NCBI GenBank assembly: GCA_016187515.1
Contig: JACPJN010000007.1
Location: 68,046 to 132,045 of the forward strand
Direction: 5' to 3'
Origin: Candidatus Uhrbacteria bacterium
GTDB taxonomy: Bacteria; Patescibacteriota; Patescibacteriia; GWA2-47-26
Length of the DNA: 64,000 bases
Made by a program: the position numbers and the translations under genes. Below are positions 8,517 through 19,800 of this stretch, piece by piece. Position 1 is the first letter of the stretch; each line of letters starts with the position of its first letter. The notes under the pieces are model-generated. The model did no database searches. It saw only the letters and a program-made list of their open reading frames with translations, and was not told the origin of the DNA.

Positions 8517-8894
8517 TCATTCCTTTTTCTTCACCTTTTTATAGATTGCATTAAATATAAGATTCAGCTCCTTTGCTTCTTGCCAGAGAACTCGTGCCTC
8601 ACTCGCAAGTTCTACTACGGCTACAGCAATCATGCGAAGAAAATGTTTTGCTTCCCGTGATTCTTTTTTACATATACCAATTTTGTGCCGAAAATCCTGT
8701 CCACTTTCAGCATCATCAGCTTCACAATAATTGGCTCCTATACTCGTGCCCGCACCCACCAATTGTGGAACAAGACGCTGGGTTACTGGAGTCATGGGCA
8801 CTCTCTTTGCAAATTTAATGATATCTTCCCCAAATTTCGCTGTTCGTTCTTCTAAATCCCACTTCTTATCATTGGGGCTTTCTTCTTTGGTCAT
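8517..8894 (-). CDS. Four-helix-bundle protein (23S rRNA intervening-sequence protein family)
   Basis: GAGTSIGANYCEADDAESGQDFRHKIGICKKESREAKHFLRMI. Confidence 0.7.
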   Translation of the reverse strand: MTKEESPNDKKWDLEERTAKFGEDIIKFAKRVPMTPVTQRLVPQLVGAGTSIGANYCEADDAESGQDFRHKIGICKKESREAKHFLRMIAVAVVELASEARVLWQEAKELNLIFNAIYKKVKKKE

Positions 8895-8924
8895 TGTTTA
8901 GGTCAATTAGGTAAATTAAAATAA

Positions 8925-9401
8925 TTAGGTTAATTCTTCGAGCACTTTCGCTTCTATCTTCTCCATCTTCCTCGCCTCTTTCTCTTGAACATGATCATAC
9001 TCCAGGAGGTGCAGGAAGCCATGCAAGGCCAGTCGAGCAATTTCGTAGTTCATGGTCCACCCGCACTTTTTTGCCTCGCGCTTTGCTTCCGGAAGGGAAA
9101 TAAAAATATCACCCAAGTCAACTGAAGAACGTAGGGACTTATGAACTAAAGAACTCGATTGTTCTTTCGTTCTTTTATTCTTTCGTTCTTTTGTTGTTCC
9201 AAACGCCAGCACATTCGTCGTCCTATCTTTCCCGCGATACTGACTGTTGAACGCGCGCATTTTTTCATCACCGACAAAACTGACTGATACGGCTGTACCG
9301 CTAGGATATTTTACATTCTTCGCGGCGTGCTCAATAATTTTTTTTACCACGCCGTCATATTTTTTTGCAGATGACAGTTCGTATCGAACAACAATTTCCA
9401 T
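8925..9401 (-). CDS. ybeY: rRNA maturation endoribonuclease YbeY
   Basis: HGFLHLLEYDH metal-binding motif. Contains a low-complexity insertion of about 30 aa. Confidence 0.85.
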   Translation of the reverse strand: MEIVVRYELSSAKKYDGVVKKIIEHAAKNVKYPSGTAVSVSFVGDEKMRAFNSQYRGKDRTTNVLAFGTTKERKNKRTKEQSSSLVHKSLRSSVDLGDIFISLPEAKREAKKCGWTMNYEIARLALHGFLHLLEYDHVQEKEARKMEKIEAKVLEELT

Positions 9402-9413
9402 GATTCATGATTC

Positions 9414-10316
9414 CTAATTCATAATTCTCAAACTATTGAGCATCATCGTGAAGGTCGTCCGGTAGGTTGGCCGGGCTCCGTCTTCCAGATCTTCCAGGAG
9501 GTATAGGCGCGCGGGTCCTTTGATCGCGGCGCGCCGCCGGTCCGCTCCCGCCTGGATCTCCAGCCCGGCCTTACTATCGCGCCAGGGGGAGGACGGCTCT
9601 CCCGGCCAATTTTGGCTATACCAGTCCTTAGCCGACAATCCGGCGGAATTTTCTCGCGCCTGTATCGAGAAAATCGTCCCGCCCTCGCCATCCGCGATAG
9701 TGACCTTACCAGGTGTCTCCAGATTGGTCTGGATCTGCCAGGGGGACGGAATCAGTACGGCGTAACCGAAAGAATTTTCATTAAACCAGCGCACCAGATT
9801 GGTTTCTTCCAGGCGCTCGGGGGCATTACCAGAGGCGTTATACAAGTGAAAAATCTCATGGCCGTCCAGAAACCCGTCTTTATCCGTATCGGGTTGCGTG
9901 GGGCCGCTGTGATACAAAATTTCTTCGGCATTACTTAAGCCATCCCGATCCGTATCTTCCCAGACCGGCGGAGGAGCGGGCGCCTCGGAGACGGGTTCGG
10001 TTAAAGGCGGCTCTGGCGCGGGTGGAATTTTTGGTTCTGCGCTGGGCGCTATCAGCGCTTCGGTTTCCGCCGGCGGGGCTGGAATTTCCACTGGCGGCGG
10101 CAGGACTGGCGCGGGCTTGACCCGCAGCGGACGGGTAAAGTACCAAGCCGCGGCCGCCACGACGATCAAAAACATCCCGCCCACCACAATCCAAAAGAGC
10201 GCTCGCGGAGATAATGCTAATTTTCGCGCCGCTCCCGCTTCCTTTTTCCGCGCGCCTTTCGGAATCCGGCCTCCCCAATAGGCGTCCGGAATGACATGGA
10301 TGATTAGATCGGACAT
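9414..10316 (-). CDS. Single-pass membrane protein with a Pro-rich linker and thrombospondin-type-3-like Ca-binding repeats (DxDxDG)
   Basis: TM helix, then PAPVLPPPVEIPAPP, then DTDRDGLSNAEE..DTDKDGFLDGHE. Confidence 0.6.
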   Translation of the reverse strand: MSDLIIHVIPDAYWGGRIPKGARKKEAGAARKLALSPRALFWIVVGGMFLIVVAAAAWYFTRPLRVKPAPVLPPPVEIPAPPAETEALIAPSAEPKIPPAPEPPLTEPVSEAPAPPPVWEDTDRDGLSNAEEILYHSGPTQPDTDKDGFLDGHEIFHLYNASGNAPERLEETNLVRWFNENSFGYAVLIPSPWQIQTNLETPGKVTIADGEGGTIFSIQARENSAGLSAKDWYSQNWPGEPSSPWRDSKAGLEIQAGADRRRAAIKGPARLYLLEDLEDGARPTYRTTFTMMLNSLRIMN

Positions 10317-10320
10317 AAAG

Positions 10321-10405
10321 GGAGTAAATCAAGCGAGACAAGCAAGGCAAGTAAATTAAGTACTGGACTTGCCTGATTTACCTGATTCACTTGATTTACT
10401 GACTT
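10321..10405. repeat. Family-2 palindromic word-repeat (GTAAATCAAG / CTTGATTTAC words)
   Basis: gagtaaatcaagcgagacaagcaaggcaagtaaattaag ... cctgatttacctgattcacttgatttac. Confidence 0.8.
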
Positions 10406-11115
10406 GGCACCGTAAACAGCCGCCCCTCTCCTTTGGGATTATACCCGTTGGAGACCTCGGCGCCGTCTTTATATCCATCGCCGTCCGTATCCGGATTTAA
10501 TGGATCGGTCTGATAAGTAAAAACCTCCTCACCGTCAAACAAGCCGTCATTATCCGAGTCGGGGTTTCCCGGATCAGTGCCGCGGTCTTGTTCTTCTCCA
10601 TTAGTCAGCCCATCGCCGTCAGAATCAGCATCATCACCCTCGGCCTCCTCACGCGCTGGCGGAGCCGCTTCTTCTTCCGGGGGCAAGAAAGACGCGGATC
10701 CTTCCGGGGTTTGTTCCGGGGTCTCCGGAAGCGTGGGGATGGTTGGTTCAACACTCTCGTCAAGCATAAACGCCGCGGATTGCGGAGGAAGCGGCGCCGT
10801 AGCGCGGCGGACAAAACGCAACACCCCCAAAGCCACCCCCAAGACGGCTAAAACTCCCACCACAATTCCGGCAAAAATAATCACTTTCCGAGACGCGATA
10901 AGCGGGGGCTTTACCTCGGCGGCCGTCGGCGTAGGTTGGGGTAGAGGCGGCGCTGCGGATGGGGGCGGCTCGGGCATCGGCGCCGCGGGTTTAACCGCTG
11001 GACCCCCCCCTTCGCGAAGAGGGGGATGGGCCGGTTCTATCTGGGCAAAAATATCATCCGGCTCTTTATCGCCGGTAGGTAGATTAGCCGGAGGCGTGGG
11101 TTGATCGTCAAACAT
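10396..11115 (-). CDS. Paralogous Pro-rich membrane protein with TSP3-like Ca-binding repeats
   Basis: DSDGDGLTNGEE, DSDNDGLFDGEE and DTDGDGYKDGAE repeats, with a central TM helix. Confidence 0.6.
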   Translation of the reverse strand: MFDDQPTPPANLPTGDKEPDDIFAQIEPAHPPLREGGGPAVKPAAPMPEPPPSAAPPLPQPTPTAAEVKPPLIASRKVIIFAGIVVGVLAVLGVALGVLRFVRRATAPLPPQSAAFMLDESVEPTIPTLPETPEQTPEGSASFLPPEEEAAPPAREEAEGDDADSDGDGLTNGEEQDRGTDPGNPDSDNDGLFDGEEVFTYQTDPLNPDTDGDGYKDGAEVSNGYNPKGEGRLFTVPSQ

Positions 11116-11343
11116 ATATGGGGAATTAAGAATTTAGAATGAAGAATAAGGGTTTCTTGTTGAGATTGTGTATAACTATCATGAAACCGTTGAATAATCA
11201 ATTATTCGTGGTCATTTGTCAGGCCGCCTGGTAAGCGCCTCGCCGGAATACTGCGGTTTTGGCGGCCGTCTATTCGTGTATATTCGTGTGAACCGTCGAA
11301 GGTGTTAATCCTTCAACACTCTCATCATACCACAAAAAACCGC

Positions 11344-11373
11344 TTGACACCAGGCCGAAAATAACCTATGCTA
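11344..11373 (+). promoter_or_regulatory. Sigma70-like promoter (TTGACA-17-TATGCT) for the lipoprotein gene
   Basis: cttgaca ccaggccgaaaataacc tatgct. Confidence 0.4.
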
Positions 11374-11403
11374 AAAGTGGCTCTACCAACAAAGGAGGAA
11401 GCC

Positions 11404-13728
11404 ATGCGTACCTTGACAATGACCGCGTTTTTGCTGGCGTTCTTTGCCGCCTGCGGAGGCGGCGACTCCACCACCGCGCAGGAAGGCGAGGGTGAGGAAA
11501 GCGAAGAAGGCGAGGCCGAAGGCGGACGCGAAGGTGAAGGTGAGGGCGAAGGCGAAGGTGAAGGCGAAGGTGAAGGTGAATCCGAGTCCGAAGCCGAATC
11601 CGAGTCCGAGTGCGAACGCGAGGACTGCGACGACGGCGTGGACTGCACTGACGATCGCTGGAACGCACCGTCGTGCAGGTGTATCCACACGATCGTGCCG
11701 GCGCTCTGTGAGCCGGGCGAGTACTGCGACCCCGAGGAGGGTTGCATCGAAACACCTCCGTGCGATGAGCCCTCGGACTGTCCGGACCGCGGCAGTGAAG
11801 ACGGACTTTGCCTGGATGAGGGCTGTGACCTTTCTACGGCTTCGTGCACCTACACGATCCATGACCGCGACCGGGACGGCCACGCGCCTAGGCGATGCGA
11901 AATTGAGGGTGGGGATGACTGCGACGACGATAATCCCCTGATCTATCTCGGCGCGCCAGAGCGCTGTGACGGGGAGGATAACGACTGCAACGGCGAGGTG
12001 GACGATCTTCCCGAGCTTGGCCAGCCCTGTGATGGGCGGGATGCGGACGAATGCGAGGAAGGGGTTTGGGTCTGCGAGGGCGGTGAAGGTGAGAGTGAAA
12101 GCGAGGGCGAATACGACGACCTATATTGCAACGATTTCACCAACGACAGCCGCGAGACCTGCGACGGGCTGGACAACGACTGCGATGGGGAGGTGGATGA
12201 GAACTTCAGATGGCGCGATCCGGAAACCGGATCCCAGCGCGAACTGGGACAATCCTGCACGGTTGGACTTGGTGTTTGCGAAAACACCGGCAATGTGATC
12301 TGCTCCGTATTCGGAGAATCTGCCCGCTGTCCAGTCAGCCCCTTGCCCGCAGAGTCGCCCGAGGTCTGCGATGGGCTGGACAATGACTGCGATGGCATCA
12401 CAGATAATGGTCCGCCCGAGGTCTGCGACGGGGAGGACAACGATTGCGACGGGGAGACGGACGAAGGCGTTGTCAATGCCTGCGGTACCTGCGGACCTGT
12501 ACCATCCGAGATCTGCGATGGGGAAGACAACGACTGCGATGGGGAGACGGACGAGGACTTTGGTGGAACATCCTGTGGTGTTGCTTCCACTGCCTGCATA
12601 GCTGGCGAGATCGTGGAATGCGATTGCTGTGACGGACTGGACAATGATGGGGACGGTTTGATTGACCAAAACGATCCAGATTGCCCGGCCGATGACTATT
12701 GGTGCCCGACCTCCACCGCTGGCGCGCCTGCGGTGCGCCAATCCCATACCGCCATCTGGACCGGGTCCGAAATGATGGTGTGGGGAGGATGGGGTGGTGG
12801 TTCGCCTCTCAACACCGGCGGACGATATGATCCGGAAACCAATACTTGGACTGCGACTTCCACTGTTGACGCGCCTACGCCGCACTGGCTCCATACCGCC
12901 ATCTGGACCGGGTCCGAAATGATGGTGTGGGGAGGATGGGATGATGAATTCAATCCCCTCAACACCGGCGAGCGATATGATCCGATCACCAATACCTGGA
13001 CTGCGATTTCCACTGCTGGCGCGCCTGCGGGGCGCTACTCCCACACTGCCATCTGGACCGGGTCCGAAATGATGGTGTGGGGAGGATGGGGTGGTGGTTC
13101 GCCTCTCAACACCGGTGGGCGGTATGATCCGGAAACCAATACTTGGACCCCGACTTCCACCGCTGGCGCGCCTGTGGCGCGAGGTAGCCACACCGCCATC
13201 TGGACCGGAAGTGAAATGATAGTGTGGGGAGGAGCGGATGATAGCGGTCGTTTCCACACCGGCGAGCGATATGATCCGATCACCAATACCTGGACTGCGA
13301 TTTCCACTGCTGGCGCGCCTGCGGGGCGCTACTCCCACACTGCCATCTGGACCGGAAGTGAAATGATAGTGTGGGGAGGAAGGGATTGGGACTTCATCCC
13401 CTTCAACACTGGCGGACAGTATGATCCGACAACCAACTCCTGGAGCTCGACCTCCACCGCTGGCGCACCTGTGGCGCGCACCAGCCACACCGCCATCTGG
13501 ACCGGGTCGGAAATGATGGTGTGGGGAGGAATGGATAATGGTCGGAATCTGATCAACACTGGCGGCCGGTATGATCCGACAACCGACTCCTGGAGTCCGG
13601 TCTCCACTGCTGACGCGCCTGTGGCGCGTGGCTCGTACACTGCGGTTTGGACCGGGAGTGAAATGCTGGTGTGGGGAGGATATGGTAGTGGTGGTTATCT
13701 CAACACCGGCGGGCGGTACGTGCCCTAG
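11404..13728 (+). CDS. Secreted lipoprotein: acidic low-complexity region, MopE-like Cys-rich repeats (CDGxDNDCDGxxDE), then a Kelch-type beta-propeller with about 9 repeats
   Basis: MRTLTMTAFLLAFFAACGG (lipobox) with AGGAGG 8 nt upstream. Repeated HTAIWTGSEMMVWGG..NTGGRYDPxTNTWT blades. Confidence 0.8.
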   Translation: MRTLTMTAFLLAFFAACGGGDSTTAQEGEGEESEEGEAEGGREGEGEGEGEGEGEGEGESESEAESESECEREDCDDGVDCTDDRWNAPSCRCIHTIVPALCEPGEYCDPEEGCIETPPCDEPSDCPDRGSEDGLCLDEGCDLSTASCTYTIHDRDRDGHAPRRCEIEGGDDCDDDNPLIYLGAPERCDGEDNDCNGEVDDLPELGQPCDGRDADECEEGVWVCEGGEGESESEGEYDDLYCNDFTNDSRETCDGLDNDCDGEVDENFRWRDPETGSQRELGQSCTVGLGVCENTGNVICSVFGESARCPVSPLPAESPEVCDGLDNDCDGITDNGPPEVCDGEDNDCDGETDEGVVNACGTCGPVPSEICDGEDNDCDGETDEDFGGTSCGVASTACIAGEIVECDCCDGLDNDGDGLIDQNDPDCPADDYWCPTSTAGAPAVRQSHTAIWTGSEMMVWGGWGGGSPLNTGGRYDPETNTWTATSTVDAPTPHWLHTAIWTGSEMMVWGGWDDEFNPLNTGERYDPITNTWTAISTAGAPAGRYSHTAIWTGSEMMVWGGWGGGSPLNTGGRYDPETNTWTPTSTAGAPVARGSHTAIWTGSEMIVWGGADDSGRFHTGERYDPITNTWTAISTAGAPAGRYSHTAIWTGSEMIVWGGRDWDFIPFNTGGQYDPTTNSWSSTSTAGAPVARTSHTAIWTGSEMMVWGGMDNGRNLINTGGRYDPTTDSWSPVSTADAPVARGSYTAVWTGSEMLVWGGYGSGGYLNTGGRYVP
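12700..13728 (+). repeat. Near-identical tandem DNA repeats of about 150 bp encoding Kelch blades
   Basis: cacaccgccatctggaccgggtccgaaatgatggtgtggggagg recurs with few changes. Confidence 0.8.
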
Positions 13729-13757
13729 CTCTTTTTCCGTGAGGATTGCAAAGCCGA

Positions 13758-13797
13758 GGTTCCCATTCGGGAACCCCGGCCTTTTTTTATCCCCACA
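13758..13797 (+). terminator. Rho-independent terminator after the Kelch lipoprotein gene
   Basis: ggttccc attc gggaacc ccggc followed by TTTTTTT. Confidence 0.5.
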
Positions 13798-13821
13798 TCT
13801 TTCGCTCACAATTTTAAATTC

Positions 13822-16800
13822 TTAATCTAAGGCCGCCCCCTCCTCGACTAGCACTCCACCGGAAAGAGTGGAGATGTTGCACTGATTGTCACAATAGGTA
13901 CAGCCCACTAAACCATAGCCCGGCGTACACCGAGTCCCATTGGAAGTTCCTTCATCACATTCCTCTGGATCAGTACACCGGCCACGACCGCAATCCTGGT
14001 CGCGCCGACAGGTCACGCCGTCACGATTACGATCGCCAGTGCCCACACACACCAGTCCCTGATTGAATCCGTCGCCACATTTTGCGTGCTTGCAGTCGTT
14101 AATGCAGCCATCCGCATTTTCCGCCGCATCGTTTTGCCCGTCGTTCGTGGTTCCATCGTCACACTGCTCATTTCCTTCGCGCGCGCCATTGCCGCATTGT
14201 CCTTGGGCAACTGTAGTGAGACCGCCCCAACGACATGGACCACCACTACGGCAGGCCTGCCGCCAGAGATACGGGTAGCCCTCGGGCTCTGTAAACTGTT
14301 GACTGTCATAAACATGCGTTCCATCCCACTGGATTGGCCCAGTAAATTTACAGCTACCAAATGACGTATCGCAATCAGAATCTTGGCGGCAGGGCTTTCC
14401 AAAATCCGAAGCCCCCCACACCCACATACACACCTGTGGACTCTGGCGAGTATCTCCCGCTTCGCACTGCTCATTCCACTCTTCCTGTATCTCATTGTCT
14501 CCGCACCGCGCCCCTGGCCCGGAGCAGTCAAACCGACAACACCCATAATCGCCATTGACACATGCTGCACCGCTGGAATTTGTAGAATCACATACTTCGG
14601 GTCCATTGCGCGTACCGTCGCCGCAATAGGCACTAAGTGCGGTTGCTGAACATTGACCCCACGGGAAACAATTATTATCCTCGGTGCAGATATTTCCCTG
14701 ATTAGGCCCCCCGATGCAGGTCCTAGCGCATACCGTATTGCACTTGCCATACTGACCATTTAACAGCCCATCATCACATACTTCGCTTCCTTCTCTTATG
14801 CCATTACCGCAGATTACGCCGCCTTGGCATATGTCAAGGTTGGATGTCGGGTTTTGGGATCCACCCCATATTTGCCAGTCAGTCACCTGCGGAGCATCAT
14901 TCCACTCGCACCTATTCGTGCACGCCCGTACTGCCTGGCACTGCGATGAAAGAATACAAACCCCTTCATTGTCAGCGCAGTTTTCATCATTAACACACTC
15001 CTTCGAAGGATTCAAACTGCATGAACGCAACGGAACACATGAAGAACCTCTCGCATGCAACGTACAGGTTGAACCAGAATCTGGGAACCTTGGGGCTGTT
15101 GATATTACCCCGGTTTCTGGATTACACCTTTGCCGAAATCCCCCCTCAAAGGGGGCACCAGGGTCACCACAGTATCCAAACCAACGGGCTTGCTGGACCT
15201 CTTCCTGCCCCACTTCGCAGAATTCCTGGCAATTATTCACCCCGCACGAAACCCCGGGATAATTTGCGCAGGTTCCGTCCGGGAGACATTCACCACGTTC
15301 AAGAATTCCATTGCCGCAGGTCGCCGTGGCATTGGACCATAATCCCCCGGCTGGCGCGCCCGGCGCGCTCACCCAGGAACAATTGCTCGGGGTTAGCAGG
15401 TTGGTTCCCGCCGGATCAAAATTAAACACTTCCCAGCGGCTCTGCCCGGGAGCTGGCGGACGATACAGCAGTTCAAAATCTACGCCCAATTCATAGTCCA
15501 CTGCCCCAATCGCGCGATACTGATACACGTGGGATCCAGCCGGACAGCGGTAGGTTTGGGTCTGTTCATTCCAGCAAGTCGCGGGATCAAATTGCCCGCG
15601 CTCGCCTGGAATCGCGGCACAGCCCGGCGCGAAGCTATTGAGCGGATCTTGCGGCAAGGAGGCGCCCAATGTTGCGCCAAGCGTGGCCTGCCAAGAAGGC
15701 CATTTGGAGGTGGACATGGAACGGATAAAAGTGCCGGCCTGAAGCGGCGGATAGCGTCCGTGAGTATTGCGGTAATCCTCCAGTGCGGATTGTATCGAAC
15801 TGATATGATTTAAACGCAATAGATCTCGGCGCAGCTTGTCTCGGTTGGAGTTCTCGACATTCACATTAAGCTGGAAGTTGGAAACAAACTGGTCAAACAC
15901 TTGCTGCATCGCGCTGGGCGCGTTTTCAGAAAGCGAAAGCACGTAGATATTGCTGTACACTACTTTTAATGTGGGGACGTACCTATCAGTAACCGCGTTT
16001 GTGCCAGCGACATACACCGTATTCCGGTCCCGGATCGCCTCATAACCATCCACCCCGGGATTAATTGGCGCCGGAGTTCCAGTAAAGCCCATTTGCTCAT
16101 ACCAAGTTCTGACCGGCAAACGCCTCGGGTTTGGAAATACCCGAATTCCAATGGCCTGCTGTTTTTCTGCTGATTCAACCAAAAGATACTCCTTCAGCGG
16201 AGCAGGGCCAGTATGGCTGGTGGCGATACGGAAGGTGTCCAAAGTAACCGGCGCACCCTCGTCCGCGCCTGCCGCGGGAGGACGAATCGCGCCCGGGTAA
16301 ATTAAAGCCGGCAAATCGCCTGCGAGGCCCTCCTCACCACTGTCGCGGCAGTACCAAGTGCGAAAATTCATGGGGTCTCCTCCGCCAAGGAGTGCGCCTT
16401 CGCGATCCTCAAACCGCGGCAAGGGGTGCTCAATACGCGATGGCCAGGGATTTTCGCACAGCGTGGTAATAAATTCCGCGCTCCCCTCGCGCACCGCGTC
16501 CTGATGATCCTCCGGCTGCGGAAGCGCGCTGGCGTCAGTAATTGTGGCAGTGGCATTCACGTCCGTCTCGCCATTGCGATTCCCGGCAGTTACGGTTTGA
16601 TCTGGATCAGCGTTGATCGGATCCGCAGCGTTGATGGGATCCGGCTCATTGGTAACGCTGGCCACGGTATTTTCCGCTGATCTCCAGGACCAGGCCCAGG
16701 AATATCCGGTTGTCCGCTGCAGCGCCTGCCCGCTGCTGGAGAGCGCCTCGGCCCGAACTTGGGCCTGCTGCCCGGGACGAGAAAAACCCGCGCCGCCTTC

Positions 16801-19800
16801 TCCTTCAAAAATGCTCACCGCTTCATCCGCGCCAGTTACGTTAACGCGCACGTTTTCCACGGTACAGATCTCGGATCCGGTAGTGAAGTTCCAACTTGAA
16901 TCTGTTCCGCCTTCGGCAGCGGGACCGCGGAAGGCCACGCCGAAAATCGAGCGCACTCCAGAAGCGATCAAATCATTAAGGTTCGGGTCGCCAGCAATGG
17001 TGATCTGATAATCTGTCGCGTTATCCAAAATCCGCGAAGGTTGCAGGACTAAACGACTCCCCTGTGCTGCCGATTCAACCGACGCCTTTAAGCTCAAGGA
17101 CGGATCAGCGCACCACACCGAATTTCTTGCCCGGCCCTGAAGAGTCAGGCCATCCGGACACGTCGCAGTGTTTTCAACACGCTTGGCAATTCCGATCGCT
17201 TGATCAAGATTTGCGGAATCCATGGGTTGATCAAAAGTTACTTCCAAAAGTCCATTGGGACAGGCGTCTGGCGTATTGATGCCCGGCACGCGCTCCACAA
17301 TTTTCGGGCGAAGATAACAACAGTTGTCGCTCCCGCGGCCCACGGCCTCGGATGGCCCTTGTCCGGGCGTTGGACAATCGGCTTCGCTGCGGGCCACGCA
17401 AAATACGGTAATACTGGCGCTGCCCGGCGCGCCCGCTTGTCCCTCCACCGCCGCCTCTACCGCCACCGTACTCCAAGGATTAGGCGGAGCGCAGACCGGA
17501 AAATTCTCATCCGTACAATTGCCATTGCTGCTACAGGGCGCGCGCGGTTCCTTAAATTCTCCGGTCTCTTTGCGGCAGAACTTCCGAATCCCCAAGGCCC
17601 TGGCTTGCTGAATTGGATCAATGCGCCGAGGCGACTCCGCAACCGTCCCTTCATTAAGACAGCGCGCGGAACAGCCGTCTCCGGCAGCCGTATTGCCATC
17701 ATCACAGTCCTCAAAACGATCAATCCTCCCATTGCCGCAAAACGGCGAAGGAGTTCCTTCATTAAGACACCGGGATGAACAGCCATCGCCATTGGCGCGA
17801 TTATTTAACTGATCGCATTCTTCACCGGCCTCCACTAATCCGTTGCCGCAGGTGGAAACCGGAAGAGTGCCTTTTAAAAGACACGTGGCTGGGTCGCAGA
17901 ATTCCGAAAGAAGGGGGGCACCTAAAAGGTCGCGGTAACGCTGCTGGTCTTCGGGATCACATTCTTCCCCGCGATCAATCTGCCCGTTTCCGCAAGTAGT
18001 CGCCCGAGAAGTCCCTTCATTCCGACACTGCGTAGAGCAGCCATCGCCCGGTAAAACATTGCCGTCGTCGCAATCCTCGCCATTTCCGGGTTCCGGGTCT
18101 CCGCCACTGCCGCAGCAATTGGTTTGCTCCGGAGCGACACAGCGCGCCAGCGCTCCGGCGTGCAGACAACTCGCGGTGCACCCGGGCAAGCCGGGCGGGT
18201 CGCATTCCTCGCCCGGATCAATAATACCATTCCCGCAGGCGAATCTTCCGAGAATTCCCGCGCTGGATCCCTCGTTTAAACACTGCGCTAAACAGCCATC
18301 GCCATCTATTAAATTTCCGTCATCGCAATCTTCCGCGTATTCCCGCACCCCATTGCCGCAGGAAGGCAAACGATCCACTCCGGTCCGCACTACTCCGGCA
18401 ATCATGGTATTGCCCACCACGCCGGCGACCCGATCATCTTCTTCAAGTTCCGGATCGTCAATCTTCCAACCCCAATCGTAGGACAGCGAATTTAAGCGCT
18501 GGCCCTGCGGATCGCAGGCATCCGGAGCGCTCCGCGGCTCCGCGGAAAAACTCGCGCGCGCGCCGATAAGATAGAGCGCGGCTTGCGGAGGGCTTAATTC
18601 CACGCGATCAACCTGACAGGATGACGCGCCGGTTTTAAAGGTCCAAGAAAAAGTATTGCACTGCGCGCCCGCGCACTTCCCTGGCCCGGGAGCGAGCATC
18701 GCTCCGGTTATCGCGTCACGGCCGGCCCAATTGTAGGAAAAGTTCAGTCCGGCCAGCGGCTTGCCCGGTACGGAGCTGTCGCGGCGGCTTGAATGTAGGC
18801 CAGCGCTGCCGCCTTTGAGTAAAACCCGATAAAAAGTATTGGGCAGTAAGAGATCTTCTCGCGCCGAGGTGGCCGGGTTATCGGTAAGTCCGATCTCCAG
18901 GGTATTTTCTGCGCTCTTCCAAGAAAGTGCGGGGCTCAAAACTCGCTCCGCCAAGCGGCCGGGTTTAAGACAGCGGACGGTGCAGAGCGGATCACGCTCG
19001 CCCCCATCGCAACCGATATCTTCGCCATTGTCCAGCACGCCATTGCCGCAAAGCGCGGGTTCGGATCCCTCGTTTAAGCACTGCGGTAAGCAGCCATCGC
19101 CGGAAAGGCGATTGCCATCATCACAATCTTCCGCGTACTCGCGCAAACCATTGCCGCATTGCGCGAAACGCGTTCCTTCATTAAGACAATTGGGGGAGCA
19201 GCCATCGCCCGCGTTGGTATTGCCGTCATCGCAATCCTCCGCTTCCGAGGCAAGGATCCCATCGCCGCAAGCCGGTACTGACCCGGCGGCAATTGAACCT
19301 TCATTAACACATACTTCGGAACAGCCGTCTCCGGGCCGCAGATTGCCGTCATCGCAGTCCTCGCCCAGTTCAATGCGGCCATTGCCGCAGCCCTGACCTC
19401 CGGCGGAAGAGGGACGACGCGTGCCGGTCCACTGACAAATACTGGTGCAGAGATTGCGCTTGGCCGGGGTGTTTAAAAGCGGCGAATTAGGGTCGCACTC
19501 CTCGCCCGGATCAATCTGGCCATTGCCGCAAAGCAGCGGACTTACCGGATTGCCCCGCCTTAAACAGTCCTGCGGATCGCACCACGACGCAAATTCGTGA
19601 TCAAAATTCACTTCACATTCCTCGCCCGCTTCCAAACGGCTATTGCCGCAAACCGCGAAGTTCGAACTGGTCCCCTCGCGAAGGCATTGCGCGGAACAGC
19701 CATCTCCGGCTTGTCGATTCCGATCATTATCACACTCCTCACCCGGATTAATTTTACCGTTTCCACACAGCGCGGGTCCGGTTCCCTCGTTTAAACACTG

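Noticed and set aside
12121-13809. 562-aa minus-strand ORF
   Set aside because: Antisense to the Kelch-repeat gene. Its periodic sequence simply mirrors the repeats.
14013-14759. Multiple 60-250-aa ORFs in alternative frames inside the giant gene (for example 14013-14759 and 21470-22291)
   Set aside because: Nested within a continuous 11-kb ORF with coherent domain content. High GC produces long spurious frames.
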